DNA of 64,000 bases from Octopus sinensis (lineage: Eukaryota). Position numbers and translations under genes: made by a program. This document shows positions 24,381 through 37,044 of this stretch, piece by piece. The notes under the pieces are model-generated. The model was not told the origin of the DNA and did not search any database. It was given only the letters and a program-made list of their open reading frames with translations. Each line of letters opens with the position of its first letter. The stretch's first letter is position 1. Location: the NCBI RefSeq assembly GCF_006345805.1, contig NC_043006.1, positions 102,920,001 through 102,984,000 on the forward strand, in the 5' to 3' direction.

Positions 24381-25234
24381 GTAATTGCCAAAATTTGGAC
24401 CATATTAATATGTTTACATAATTTTAATACAAAAAGAAAAAGAAAAATGGCATGACACCTGTACGATCAGACGGACTGGATGGAACCAGCGAAAGTAGTG
24501 ATTCTGAGCAATCACACAAAAGACTAAAACAAAACATCAAACAAACAAAATATATAAATAAAATGAAAATATGAATGTGCAATTACGTGAAGTCAATAAA
24601 CACAGGAAAGCTATCATTTCTTTTTTTCTTTTTTCAGATTTACAATAAATCATTTTGTCTGAAGAAATGTAAATATTTGTTCGCTGTTCAATCTTAGTTT
24701 ATGCATCACTGAAAAGAGTTAAAATCTGAATTTAATTTTTGAGACCATAGTCATATAGTATGTTAGACATTTCTTTCTTTCAATACAATTTGCACGAATT
24801 TGGTAGAACATCGTTATCTTTAGCGTTAGAATAACGAAAGCAAAGACAGTACAAACAAATCAATTAGGAAATACGCATGCGCAGGGTTAAAAACGACTAC
24901 TCACTCAGATGTATAAAGTATGGGCATAAGAGAAAATGTTTTTCAAGGGCCTTATGATATAGAGGTAGGCTTGCATGTTCTTCTTTATTTTTTATGATTT
25001 AGGTTGAAAGAAATGGTTGTCTATCGCCTTCTTAGGGTTATTGAAATCAATGATATCAATTGATATCGATGCTACACAGACAAACATGTCTGACTGCCAT
25101 CTAAATGTAATTTATTCAACGGAATTGACGAAGACTTACACACCAAAAGACTACATTTGTCTCTCATGGGCGGTTTCTCCTCACTGCTTATTTAATCGCT
25201 GGTATATCGGCTTTTACTCTTTAAACTAGTCGTC

Positions 25235-25662
25235 GGATCTTTTCGGTTTGAACGGCAGTTTTTAACGTAATTTCTAGGTAACTAAAAAATTTTAAACTTC
25301 GTATACTGGTAGAATGTGTTTATAAAACATATTTTTCTCTTGGCTTTATTGAGAAAATTCTATATTTTGTAAGATATTTGTTGTTTTTTTTCTTCAATTT
25401 CTGCAATTTCAACCAATCAGTGACGTCTATTGAGTTAAAAAGCATTCTGTGTCCTATGGATATGTCCTCGTTTAAGAAACAGATTGGGTTTATTTACATT
25501 TGTGAAGAAAAAAAAGATACCCTTCCCCCAACCCTAACTCTAACCCTAACCCTAACCCTAAAAGAGATTGACATGCAATAGATCGATTCTAGCGTCATAA
25601 TTATGGGTGACAATTTCATATGACACCGCTAGAAAAAACTGCCGTTCAAACCGAAAAGATCC
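25235..25662. mobile_element. 428-bp MITE with 29-bp TIR starting GG and 8-bp TSD (Merlin-like)
   Basis: TSD TAGTCGTC at 25227-25234 and 25663-25670; TIR GGATCTTTTCGGTTTGAACGGCAGTTTTT; internal (CCCTAA)-type repeats at 25530-25561. Confidence 0.85.
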
Positions 25663-25964
25663 TAGTCGTCTTTCTTCCTATCGTCATCCGTACGGTGTTA
25701 GCCACCTAACGCTCATTAGAGCAATACGACCAATTCTTCCTTCTTCAGAACGTCAACCCATGAAATTATAGTCTTGGTGACTTACGAATGTTTAAACTAA
25801 ACATCGACAATATAAATATCACTAGTCTAGGAGGACCTGCGAGGCGTATTTGAACGACACTTCCTCTGGATTTAAAATTAGATGCAGGCTTGATCTCTGC
25901 ATAGGAGTCGATTCCTAAAGACTTTATGTACCAGCGCAATGTATATATATATATTATATATATA

Positions 25965-26051
<87 letters not shown>

Positions 26052-26370
26052 AAACTAAAGTTTGAATTTCGGAGATTATTAGTTTCTTTATTCTTTGATG
26101 AATACAGCGTTTGTGACTAGATTCGAACAAGCGCCTTCGATTTCAAATCAAAGAATATTACATCATATGGGGACATACTTCAAACGTTTATGGATTAGTT
26201 CACTGAGTAATCTATTAGAATAGCCTCAACCGTTGTTTAGAAATAATCCCAGTCCGAATATAATGTTGCACTGTCTGGGCACCCTGGAGCAAAACTCTTA
26301 ATGTCTACTGGAGGTCAAGCGAATTGAAATTTAGAAGAGATATAGACACATATAATATTTTTATTTTGTA

Positions 26371-26607
26371 GGCGGCAAGCTGGCAGAATCGTTAGCACGC
26401 CGGGCGAAATGCTTTGCGGTATTTCGTCTCCGCTACGTTCCGAGTTCAAATCCGTCGAGATCGACTTTGCCTTTCATCCTTTCGAGGTCGATGAAATAAG
26501 TACCAGTTACGCACTGGGGTCGATATAATCGACTTAATCCGTTTGTCTGTCCTTGTTTGTCATTTCTGTGTTTAGCCCCTTGTTGGTAGTAAAGAAATAG
26601 GTATTTC
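26371..26607 (+). mobile_element. Full-length SINE family B
   Basis: Head GGCGGCAAGCTGGCAGAATCG; ends GAAATAGGTATTTC. Confidence 0.9.
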
Positions 26608-26772
26608 TTCCGACTATGCGTTACACGTCCAAATTCCCCAACTTTACCTTTTCTTCTTTCACTGTCGAAGAAATCAAGCACCAGTCAAATACTAGGTGTA
26701 TGTAATCAACAAGCCTACCACCCTTAAAATTACTGGTATTGTGCGTAAATGAGACATTATTATTATCATTAA

Positions 26773-26970
26773 GGCGGTGTGTTGGCAGAATCGTTAGAGC
26801 TCCGGGGTAAAATACTTAACGGTATCTCGTCCGACTTTACGTTCTGAGTTCAAATTCCATCGAGGTCGACTCTGCCTTTCATCCTTTCGGGGTCGATAAA
26901 TTAAGTACCAGTGAAACACTGGGGTCGATGTTCCCGCACTCAAAATTTCAGGCCTTGTACCTTTAGTAGA
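26773..26970 (+). mobile_element. SINE family B variant (short tail)
   Basis: GGCGGTGTGTTGGCAGAATCG...CAAAATTTCAGGCCTTGTACC. Confidence 0.85.
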
Positions 26971-27814
26971 AATGATTATCATTATTTTATTGACGTGAAT
27001 GACTTAAAAATTCGATCGCAGATTTTATGATCTGCAGTATCACTTCCAATATTTTACCTCCTGAGTTTTTTTAAGTAGATGGCCTAACTATTTCACTCGT
27101 TTTAAGGCAGCGATTTAGTAGGTAGGTAGTTTACTCTGTTGAAAATATTTGGGCCGTACCTCTGGTTTATAGATAAGTTCTACCATCCTCTCCCTGGTCT
27201 CAGAGATCCAAAGAAGAATAGAACATCATGGGCGCTGATCTCTTTTCACTTTGACAAAGCAGTAAAAGAAAAGAACAGAAACAAAAACACAGAAAACACA
27301 CCCATTATGAGTAGGACCGAGTAAATCTTCGATCGCTGCCGTGATTAGCAATGAAAAAGGCAGCTGTGATCCTCTCAATGGCAAGAGGTTCACCTTCGCT
27401 CAATGATCCTTGTTATACACAGAATTTCAAAACACATGACACAAAGACAGCATACGTATGAATTCTCAAAGTTATTGGAAAACAAAATTTAAAACTGAAC
27501 AATATTCTTAAGAATAATATAAATACAAAATGATAAAAAGAAAGGAAGATATATGTAATGTATAGAGACAAAAAATGTAAAGAAACCAACAAAGTTTTGT
27601 TTATTGATTCTGTAGACTAGTAACCTAAGGCTAAATTACACACAGCAAACACACAAACACACATTTAGACATATGTGTGTGTGTGTGTATATATATTCAA
27701 ATATTTTTATGCATACATGTATATATTTGCATATAGTTCATATGTAAATATATATATGTATACATGTATGTGTGCGCGCGTGCACATATATGTATGTATA
27801 TTCATATATACATA

Positions 27815-27878
<64 letters not shown>

Positions 27879-27955
27879 CATGAGTATATAAGGGAATTAT
27901 GTATGTGTGTGTACATATATATATTCATAAGTGTAGAAGTATATGTATGTGCGTG

Positions 27956-27986
<31 letters not shown>

Positions 27987-28244
27987 ATATATCGATGGAG
28001 GACGAAAAGTGAGTGTGGTTATATATGTATACGTGAGTAAAAATGGCGAGGAAGGGTGGAAGAGCTGAGGTGAAAACATCGATAATTCCCTGAATCATGT
28101 CTTCGCTCTATTATTTAGCCCGTTATGTTTCATGTCTAGTATGTTTTTGAAAAACAGTATTTCACTAATTGGAGTGAGTCATAGCCTGAAACAATATTAT
28201 CGTTATTTATTCTTTCAGATAATATAACATGCGCTAGAAACAAA

Positions 28245-28307
28245 ATGACAATGATAATAATATTAATAATAATAGTAATGATAATAATAGTAATAATAAT
28301 AATAATG

Positions 28308-28355
<48 letters not shown>

Positions 28356-28389
28356 GTAATATTAATAATAATAATAATGATAATAATCG
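28245..28389. repeat. (TAA)n microsatellite
   Basis: Directly visible. Confidence 0.95.
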
Positions 28390-28790
28390 ATATAAACGTA
28401 TCTGTCAAGACCTACCAAAAACTGAGCAAATATAAAGATCTTGAAATAGAAATCAGCAAAATGTGGAACCTGAAGACTAAAACAATACCTGTTGTCATAG
28501 GTGCCCTGGGAATGATAGCAAAAGGAGCTGATTGCTACCTATCTCAGATACCAGGAAACCCCAAAATGGCAGAAATTCAAAAGATAGTGCTCATGGGAAC
28601 TGCTTATATCCTACGCAAAATACTTTCTATGTAATCTCAAGTTTTAAAACAAACATAATTTTCGTATGGTTTTTTAAGACATTCACTAGTACAACACTAA
28701 ATACAAAACCAAATATATGACACACTAGGCATAAAACAACATGAACTTCCAACCTGTTGTCTCTTGAGGTCTCTAGGTGAGACTTGGAGC
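28390..28790 (+). mobile_element. 5'-truncated R4/Dong-clade LINE: REL endonuclease C-terminus plus 3' UTR
   Basis: DINVSVKTYQKLSKYKDLEIEISKMWNLKTKTIPVVIGALG...LMGTAYILRKILSM* is the typical REL C-terminus; sits in (TAA)n. Confidence 0.85.
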
Positions 28791-28989
28791 TTCGTATATT
28801 TTACCCCAGTGTCACTTTGATGGCATGCACTGCTCTCTCACTCAATAATAATAATAATAATAATAATAATCTTTTCTTTCCTTTTTTCGTTCCCTTATGT
28901 TGATATGGTTTCTCCGGCCTGTAAAGTTTCTGATTTTGGAATCTCTGCTTTATTTTCTTCTCCAAAACACTATTTCCGATCTCTCTAGT

Positions 28990-30320
28990 CGCTAAACGAA
29001 ATTCTACCAGAAGAGCAGAAAGACTATAAAAAGAACAGCAGGGAGTCAAAACGTCAACTTCTGATGGATAAAGCAATCTTTACGGAGTGTAAAAAGAGAC
29101 AAGAATTTAGCCGTAACATGACTGGATTATAAGAAAGCCTACGACATGATCCCGCACAGCTAGATATTAGAGTGCCTGAAATTTACTCAAATACAAGACA
29201 ATGTCTATAGGTTTACAGAAAGATCGATGACTAACTGGGAAAAGGGATTAATAGGATCTGTCAACATAGAAAAGCGTGTATTTCGGGGAGACAGCTTATG
29301 CTTGTTTTCTGCATGAACCTTCTGACCCACGAAATCCTCAGATAAGTGAAAATGGGATATGTGCTGGATGATATTAAGATCAACCATCTGTTATTTATGG
29401 ATGATTTAAAGCTATTTACAAAAGAAGCAAATTGACAGCTTAACAGCTATATGATTAGTCAGGGTGTTTGGTTGGAGTTTAAGGTAAGAAGAAAATGTGA
29501 CATTGTAACCCTGAAACGTGGAAAGCTAACAAAAAGTATAGGGACTGAGCTTGCAAATGGCCAGATTACTAAAGAGGTTGGTGAGGGAGGGTACAAGTAT
29601 TTGGTAAGAATGGCAAATTAGAAAGTATTGAATGGAAAAGAGGAAATTGGCGACAGTGCATTAAAAAACTCCATCCAAGTAGCGATGTTGCAAGACTTTA
29701 TGTTGAAAGAAAGTAAAGAGATAGAAGACTAAAATGTGGAAATTGTGTCAAAAGCGAAGAAAACAAACGAGTTTGGTGTCTTAAAAAAATGTAAAGAGTA
29801 ACAGCAGGGAAAATGTAAGAGATCTCGACACATTGAAACCTGCAGACCGAATGAATGCCATAAGAGAGTGAAAAAAGGAATGGAAGGACAAACTATGCAC
29901 AGGCTGCACACTAGAGATAAAGTAGGAATTGATTGGAGTAAGAGGTGGTCATAACTTTGAAATGGTGACCTGAAAAGATACAATGAAGCTCTGGTGTACA
30001 GTGCACGGGAGCAGGTTTTCCGAACTAACTACGTTAAACGTCATGTTGACAAAACGCAAGAATCACCATTAAGTAGAATGCGTAGAAGAAAAGGAGAAAC
30101 GGACAGCAATCATGTAAGCGAATGTGCTAAGTTGGCACAGTGAGAATACTAAAGATGTTATGATAATGTTGCCACTAGCGGATATCCGAGGGATGTGGGT
30201 TTGTAGCTAAATGGTATGAACAAATACCAGAAGTGGGTTAGAGAATAACAAATTTAAACTTCTGTGGGACTTCACCATTCAATGTGATAGAAATGTCTGA
30301 GACGGGCAAAAACGAATAGC
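28990..30320 (+). pseudogene. Degenerate R4/Dong-clade reverse transcriptase to REL domain
   Basis: Frame-shifted motifs LPEEQK, DYKKAYDMIPHS, GDSL, INHLLFMDDLKLF, GYKYL, a CCHC-like segment and LWDFTIQCDR. Confidence 0.85.
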
Positions 30321-30333
30321 AATAACGATGATG

Positions 30334-30384
<51 letters not shown>

Positions 30385-30404
30385 AATCTGCTACTACTAC
30401 TACT

Positions 30405-30600
30405 ACTACTAGCCTGGCTTTTGCTTTGTATTTGTACAAGTTGAACCCATGTCTCACCCAGAGACCCCAAGAGACAATTTAGCAGTTCAAGTTGGTGTTA
30501 TGACTAGGGTGCCATATTTTTGGTTGTGCACAGAGTATTGTTCTAGAGAATGTCTGTCAAAACGTAACTACTTTAGAAGTTAAGATGATTGTCTGATGTT
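30405..30600 (-). mobile_element. R4/Dong-type 3' UTR fragment, opposite orientation
   Basis: Reverse strand TTGTCTCTTGGGGTCTCTGGGTGAGAC...TTGTACAAATACAAAGCAAAAG is homologous to 28740-28790. Confidence 0.7.
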
Positions 30601-30681
30601 TTGATGACAATAAAAGGTATTTGCTGTTTTGTACACTTAAAAGTATTTCAACATTTTTTACAGTGTTAAAATATTATAATT

Positions 30682-30715
<34 letters not shown>

Positions 30716-30974
30716 TAATAATAATAATAATAATTATTATTATTATTATTATGATTCACTGCAGAGTACATAGGACGTGTTTTCAAACGCTCCGGGTTGG
30801 TTGAGTTTAAAACATTACACTAGTTTGGTGTATTTATCCATTATTTATTTCCTTCCAAGTTGTCAATAGAAACACTAGGAACCTACCCTTAGTTTTCTAT
30901 ATTTGTTTAGCCGCTCGAGGGGCTATATTCAGCCCGCCAAATAAGTTCGGTTGGCGTTTAATTTAATTTAATCA

Positions 30975-32134
30975 AATACAACCCAACAAGATGGTGGAGC
31001 GCGTCTTGAAAGAGTTGAGAAAAAAGAATATTGTCCTCCCACAGATCTGGTGACTGCTGAAGATTTCCTTCCCCTTCCCTCCGTTACTGGTAACAATACA
31101 AGAGAAGGGGAGGGGAAAAGCGAGAGAGGGGAGGTACAAAGTCCACCTCGTAGGAACAGCAGTGGAAACATTGACAACAGCAGTGGTAGCAGTGACAGCA
31201 ACCACAACGCGAGAAACGGCAACAGCAGCAGCAGCAGTAGTCGCAGAGACAGTTGTAGCAGAGATAGCATTTTCGTTAGCAATACGGATTTTAGAAAAAG
31301 GTTTGGATGTGATAGCACCCAATGAGACCAAGATTTCCGACACACTCAATCTTGCACCCATTTTAGATTATTATGAGATCTATGCATCCCTTAGTCGACC
31401 AGGAATGGGAGGTGGGGTGGCAGTGCTGTTTAGGAAAGGCCTGGATCTCGAAGTTCGGACGATTTTCCTGGACCCTGAGGGTAAGTTAGTGGTCCTGGAC
31501 GTGAGCATCAGTGAAGGTGGTGCCTTTAGATTAGTCACTGTTTACGCCCCTAAAGGGGCAGGGCAGCCAGATTTCTTCGGATGTAGCAGGTTCTCCTTGG
31601 GGCGTCACGCTCTTTAATGTTAGTAGGTAACTGGAACGCCATCTTGGATGCACGCCTGGATAGGGTGGAGCTAGCTGATAGGGTAGGGGGAGTAAAGGTC
31701 TCACAAACCTGCTCAGCCACGTTCTGTTGGCTGACAGCCGCCGACTGGATTTCCTGAATGTGCCAATATGGACAATGGTCGAACAGCATCGGGTCTTCGA
31801 GATCGTATCTAGATAGAGTATTTTGTGGGCCTGTAGATAGAATTAGTATAAGTTGTCCACGTTTCAAAGTCGTCGGCAACACGAACCATTACTTTGTGAT
31901 CTGTACAGTCGACATAGGATCTATAGACAGAGTCCCGGATACTGGAAGCTGAGCGCATCCTTCGCTGCGTGCCATACTTTCAGGGTCCGGGCTAGCGAGT
32001 TAGTCGATTGAGAGTTGGTGGGCGCAGTCGTCAACAGCCTTTAGTGGATAGCCCTGAAAAGGGCTGTTAGAGTAGAGGCCATAGGTTTTAGAAAGGAAAT
32101 AGTGTTAGAGGAATCTAGGATAGAAGGAGACCTA
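30975..32134 (+). pseudogene. Tx1/L1-type LINE: ORF1 end and APE endonuclease domain of ORF2 (degenerate)
   Basis: DVIAPNETK, GGGVAVLFRK, DPEGKLVVLDV, FRLVTVYAP, VGNWNAILD, WSNSIGSSRSYLDRVF, YWKL motifs. Confidence 0.85.
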
Positions 32135-33409
32135 CGAGGGGCGTTCAATAAGTAATGCCCCTGACCCACTTCCCATAGCAGTAGAGCAACGAAACTTGGC
32201 ACAGTTATTAGTCTTTTCCTACATAGGAACCACCCAGAGTTACGCATTTCTCCCATCGTTTGATGCAGCTCTGGAGACCATTTTTGTAGAAGACCCCAGC
32301 TTGGTCCTCCAACCACGACGTGACTTCAGAAATCAAAGCTGCATCATCTGGGAAACGCTTTCCTTTCAAAAACAACTTCATGGCTGGGAAGAGGTGAAAA
32401 TCAGAGGGTGCAAGGTCAGGAGAGTAGGGGGTTGGGGGAGGAGTTCATAGCCGCACGCCTGTGCTACTGATCTGGCGACCATCGAGTTGTGGACCAGAGC
32501 GTTGTACTGCAGGAGGAGGATGCCTTTGCTGATCTTGCCCCACTTCTTGATTTTGATAGCTTCTCTTAATTTCCTCAAAAGTGAAGCATAATAGGCCCCT
32601 GTAATTGTGGTACCCTTTGCCAGGAAATCTGTCATCAATACTCCGTTCTGGTCCCAGAAGACTGTGAGCATGACCTTGCCAGCGGAGGGCTGCACCCTTG
32701 CCTTCTTTGGAGGAGGTGAGTCACGGTGCTTCCCCTGCATTGACTGGGCTTTGGTCTCTGGATCATAGTGATGGACCCAGGTTTCATCCCGTGTAATCAG
32801 TCTTTTGAAAATTTTTGACTCGTCTTCTTGGCACATCTCCAAATTCATCCTCGAGCACTCGACGCGTTCTTGCTTGTGGAAAGGTTTGAGCAACCTGGGA
32901 ATCCATCTGGCAGACACCTTTTGCATATGCAAATGGTCATGAATGATAGGTTCCACAGACCCGGTACTAATCTTGACCTCATGGGCTATTTGGCGAATAG
33001 TTATGCGTCGATCTTCCAAAATGGCAGCCTCAACTTAACGGACAGATGCCTCATCAATGGCAGAAGGGGGGCGACCACATCTGGGAGCTGTTTCCAGAGA
33101 GTTCCGATCATGTTTGAATTCACGATGCCAGCGTTTTACAAGGTCATATGATGGGGCATCATCACCATAAGTTACTTTCATTTCATCAAAAGTCTCCCGT
33201 GGTGTGCGTCCTTTCAAATACAAAAACCGGATCACTGCTCGACACTCAATAGGCTCCATTTCACACTTGACTCAGTTCAAACACCTGTAAATCAGAAACC
33301 ACAATTTGCCACTTAATCTATAGAGATATAAATAATTACACATGCAAAATTTCAGCAAGATCAAACGACTGCAAGTGCGTCAGAGGCATTACTTATTGAA
33401 CGTCCCTCG
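32135..33409 (-). mobile_element. Full-length mariner DNA transposon (1275 bp)
   Basis: 31-bp TIRs CGAGGG(G/A)CGTTCAATAAGTAATGCC(C/T)CTGAC with 2 mismatches; TA TSD at 32133-32134 and 33410-33411. Confidence 0.95.
32208..33259 (-). pseudogene. Mariner DD34D transposase, inactivated
   Basis: MEPIECRAVIRFL HTH, WIPRLL, DETW and YSPDLAPSDF motifs; one premature TAA (33035-33037), second catalytic D read as Y (QYNA), 1-bp frameshift near 32430. Confidence 0.92.
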
Positions 33410-33520
33410 TAGTTAGGAAGCAAGAAGAGGCGCTTAAAAAAGGCATAACAACCGATGCGCCAGCTGCGAGATTGGCTTTTGATCGATTCTTCAATGCCAA
33501 GCACGAAGGTTGCGTTGTCA
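33410..33520 (+). pseudogene. Continuation of the Tx1/L1-type ORF2 after the mariner
   Basis: Removing the mariner and one TA gives in-frame GDLVRKQEEALKKG...FNAKHEGCVVK. Confidence 0.65.
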
Positions 33521-34072
33521 AATTAATTTCTTGCAACTTTTGATCAAAGATGTAAAACCTTGTTCCGAGACTTCTCAATTTGTTTAAAATAAAGACCCTC
33601 AATCACAACTTTTTGCATGCAATGATGATTTATTGGCAAATGCTGGATGCTTTTACATACTGGTTGTGGCAAATTATTATAGCTTGGATACTAGATGTCC
33701 TATCCATTTTATGAATGAGAAAAGGCAAAAGTTGTGAAAAGCTTTTAGTTCTCAAACGCTGCTTTCTCAAAAGGGCCTATTTACTGGGTTGTGTTTGCTT
33801 ATCCGACAATAAAATGGCATATATCGGTCAAATAGTAAGATATTTGAAAAATTTCAAGTGTTCTGAAATCCGAGAGTTCTTTCTGACTAAAACAAAGCAC
33901 TGGAATTTTTTTAACCATGTTAATAGTTTTCTCATCACATTTTGTTTCAAGAAAGGCAATTTCGGATTAGTGGGTAAGTTGATTACATTGACAACAGTGC
34001 CAAACTGGTACTTATTTCACTGACTCTGAAACGATGAAAGGCAAACTCAACCCCGGGAGCATTTGAACTAAG

Positions 34073-34120
<48 letters not shown>

Positions 34121-34122
<2 letters not shown>

Positions 34123-34285
34123 CGACGGGCTTCTTTCAGTTTCTGTCTACCAAATCCACTCACGAGGCTTTGGACGGCCCGAGGCTATAGTAGAAGACAC
34201 TTGCTCAAGGTGCCATGCAGTGGGACTGAACCCAGAACCATGTGGTTGGGAAGCAAGCTTCTTACCACACAGCCACGCATGCGCC
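34121..34285 (-). mobile_element. SINE family A 5' half
   Basis: Reverse GGCGCATGCGTGGCTGTGTGGTAAG...GAAAGAAGCCCGTCGTA. Confidence 0.9.
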
Positions 34286-34845
34286 TATGTACACTTACCT
34301 TAATAAACGTTCTTGTTCCAGTTCCACTTACTTGCATTTAATGCGTCATGAGACAGCCTAAACACACACACACACACACACACACAGACACACACACAGA
34401 CACACAGACACACACACAAACGCACGCATATATGTATATGTGCATGTACGCATATATCCACACACATGCACACTGGAGCGCGTACACAAATATAGTCATG
34501 AATTGAGCTGGCATGTATATATTGTGTATCATTGTAAACAGTTCCCACTGACAACGAATCTCAACACACCAGACGCTTAATTACATTAAAGCATAAGGCG
34601 TCTGTCTCAGAATACACTCCGTAGGGAACTTTCAGAGAATGAATGTTATTTATTGATTCTTATAATTATACGACCGGCTCTATGTGTGTAGGTGTGTGTG
34701 TGTGTGTGTGTGGTGTGTGTGTAAGTATTAGGTATTATATTGGTATTTCTGAGTTCTATATGTAGTGATAGTAAAATGTGATAATATATTTTTATATAGA
34801 GAAGTGGGTGTGTGTGTGTGTATGAACTCGAGCACACTCATGTGT

Positions 34846-34889
<44 letters not shown>

Positions 34890-35112
34890 TACATACATAT
34901 GTATGTATGTATGTATTATGTATGTATATATGTATTATGTATATATGTATGTATGTATGTATGTATATATTATTATGTATGTATGTATTATGTAGTATGT
35001 ATGTATATTGTATGTATGTATGTATATAGTATGTATGTATGTATAATGTATGTATGTATGTATAATGTATGTATGTATGTATATGTATGTATGTATTATG
35101 TATGTATGTATG

Positions 35113-35146
<34 letters not shown>

Positions 35147-35199
35147 TGTATGCATGTATGTATGTATGTATGTATGTATGTATATATGTATGTATGATG

Positions 35200-35231
<32 letters not shown>

Positions 35232-35253
35232 TGTATGTATGTAGATATGTATG

Positions 35254-35287
<34 letters not shown>

Positions 35288-35332
35288 TGTATGATGTATA
35301 TGTATGTATGTATATGTATGTATATATGTATG

Positions 35333-35364
<32 letters not shown>

Positions 35365-35555
35365 TGTATGTTGTATGTATGTATGTATGTATATATGTAT
35401 GTATGTATATATGTATGTATATATGTTGTATGTATGTATGTATGTATGTATGTATGTATGTATGATGTATATATGTATGTATGTATGTATGTATATGTAT
35501 GTATGTATGTATATGTATTATGTATGTATGTATGTATGTATGTATGTATGCATAT
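34890..35555. repeat. Long degenerate (TATG)n array (~670 bp)
   Basis: Directly visible; source of the MYVC/HTYI ORFs. Confidence 0.95.
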
Positions 35556-35939
35556 ATGTTTGTGTGAGTGCGTGCGTGTCTTACCTCTATTGTTTTTGTT
35601 TGTGATGTTTTGTCTCCGAACGAGAGTTGATCGTACAGACATATGCCAAAACATGTTTTAATAGTGAACATTCCCTTATTTGTATATACTGAGGCTCTGG
35701 TTTCTTATCTGTTCCGTTTTTTTTTTTCTGTTTTAGTAAACAATATGTGATGCGAAGGAAACCTCGTTGCCATTTCAAGTGACCACAGGGAGGCACCTTC
35801 ACCTTTTCAATGATAGCCTGTTAGCATGCTTGCTTTTCTAGAATTAGAAAATATTTTGTTGTGTGCTTATTTAAATGTTTATTAATATTTTTTTTTTAAC
35901 TATTCACCCTACAAGAGGCACAAGACGTGAACTTTTATG

Positions 35940-36170
35940 GGGTTGGAGGATAATAAATGACATCAACCCTAGTGCCCAACTGGTACTTATTTTATTGATT
36001 CCAAAAGGATGAAAAGCAAAGTCGAAGGACAGTAAGATATTTCTTTTTATCGATGCCGGAAAAATGAAATGTAAGGTCGACCTCGCGGGAATTTGAACTC
36101 AAAACGTGAAGAATCAGAGAAAGTCCTGCTAAACATTTTGTCTGATACACCAACGATTCTGCTAGCTTGC
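35940..36170 (-). mobile_element. SINE family B fragments
   Basis: GGTACTTATTTTATTGA...GATGAAA and GAATTTGAACTC...ACGATTCTGC. Confidence 0.65.
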
Positions 36171-36266
36171 AGAATCTGATAACAATTATCATTACTCTTT
36201 TATCTTTTACATCTTTCAATCATTGGTCTGTGGCCATGCTGTAGCACCGCCTTGAAGGGCTTAGTC

Positions 36267-36658
36267 CAGTGTTTCTTAACCAAGTTTTATTTATGGACCC
36301 CACTGAATCGCTATTTTATTCTGGTGGACCTCTGCCCCACAGTCATTCGATGTCTAAAACTAGTTTTATAGAAATTCGTTTCAAAATTCCTGTTTTGTTG
36401 CTCGCTCATTAACTTGTGTTGGTGGAACGATGTAAGATGTTAGAGAAAGAAATCTAGCTGTTTGTGTGTATACATATATATATACATACATATATGTGTG
36501 TGCGTGTGTGTGTGTTCACGCATGAGTGTACATGTGTGCTCGAGTTCATACACACTTACGCGCGCGCAATTATCTGTATAAAAATATATTATCACATTTT
36601 ACTATCACTAAATATAAAATACCAACATAGAAATACCAACATAGTACATAATACACAC

Positions 36659-36728
<70 letters not shown>

Positions 36729-36924
36729 CAGCACACACACACACAATACACACACACCAATACATACATCTAAAGAAAAAATTTTTCAGGAGCCCTTAGA
36801 AAATTATTTTTCAGGAGCCCTTAGAATATTATTATGGATCCTCAAATTAATATTTTGTTGCCTGGACACCCCGAAATCTTATATGGATCATGAGGGCCAT
36901 ATGAACCTCTGTTGATAAGCACTG
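36267..36924. mobile_element. hAT (Charlie-like) MITE, 658 bp, inserted in a family A SINE tail
   Basis: TIR CAGTGTTTCTTAACC / TGTTGATAAGCACTG; 8-bp TSD GCTTAGTC / GTTTAGTG (6 of 8 identical). Confidence 0.7.
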
Positions 36925-37044
36925 GTTTAGTGGAGCAAATAGCGGGATGACTAAAATTACGTGGACATAAACAAATCGACAACAGTTGTTAAGATGCAGC
37001 GGGGGAAAAACGCAAACAAAAAGATATAAATATATACACACACA

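Noticed and set aside
25530-25561. Telomeric repeat as evidence of a chromosome end or fusion
   Set aside because: Only about five units, and they lie inside a TSD-bounded MITE.
33520-34020. 102-aa ORF at 33715-34023 and adjacent frames
   Set aside because: No recognisable motif in any frame and multiple stops in neighbouring frames.
34899-35671. Long ORFs (up to 239 aa) with MYVC/HTYI repeats; likewise 4740-5634, 56221-56791 and the many YI/CV/HT-rich ORFs
   Set aside because: Pure translations of microsatellites that lack stop codons in some frames; no coding signal.
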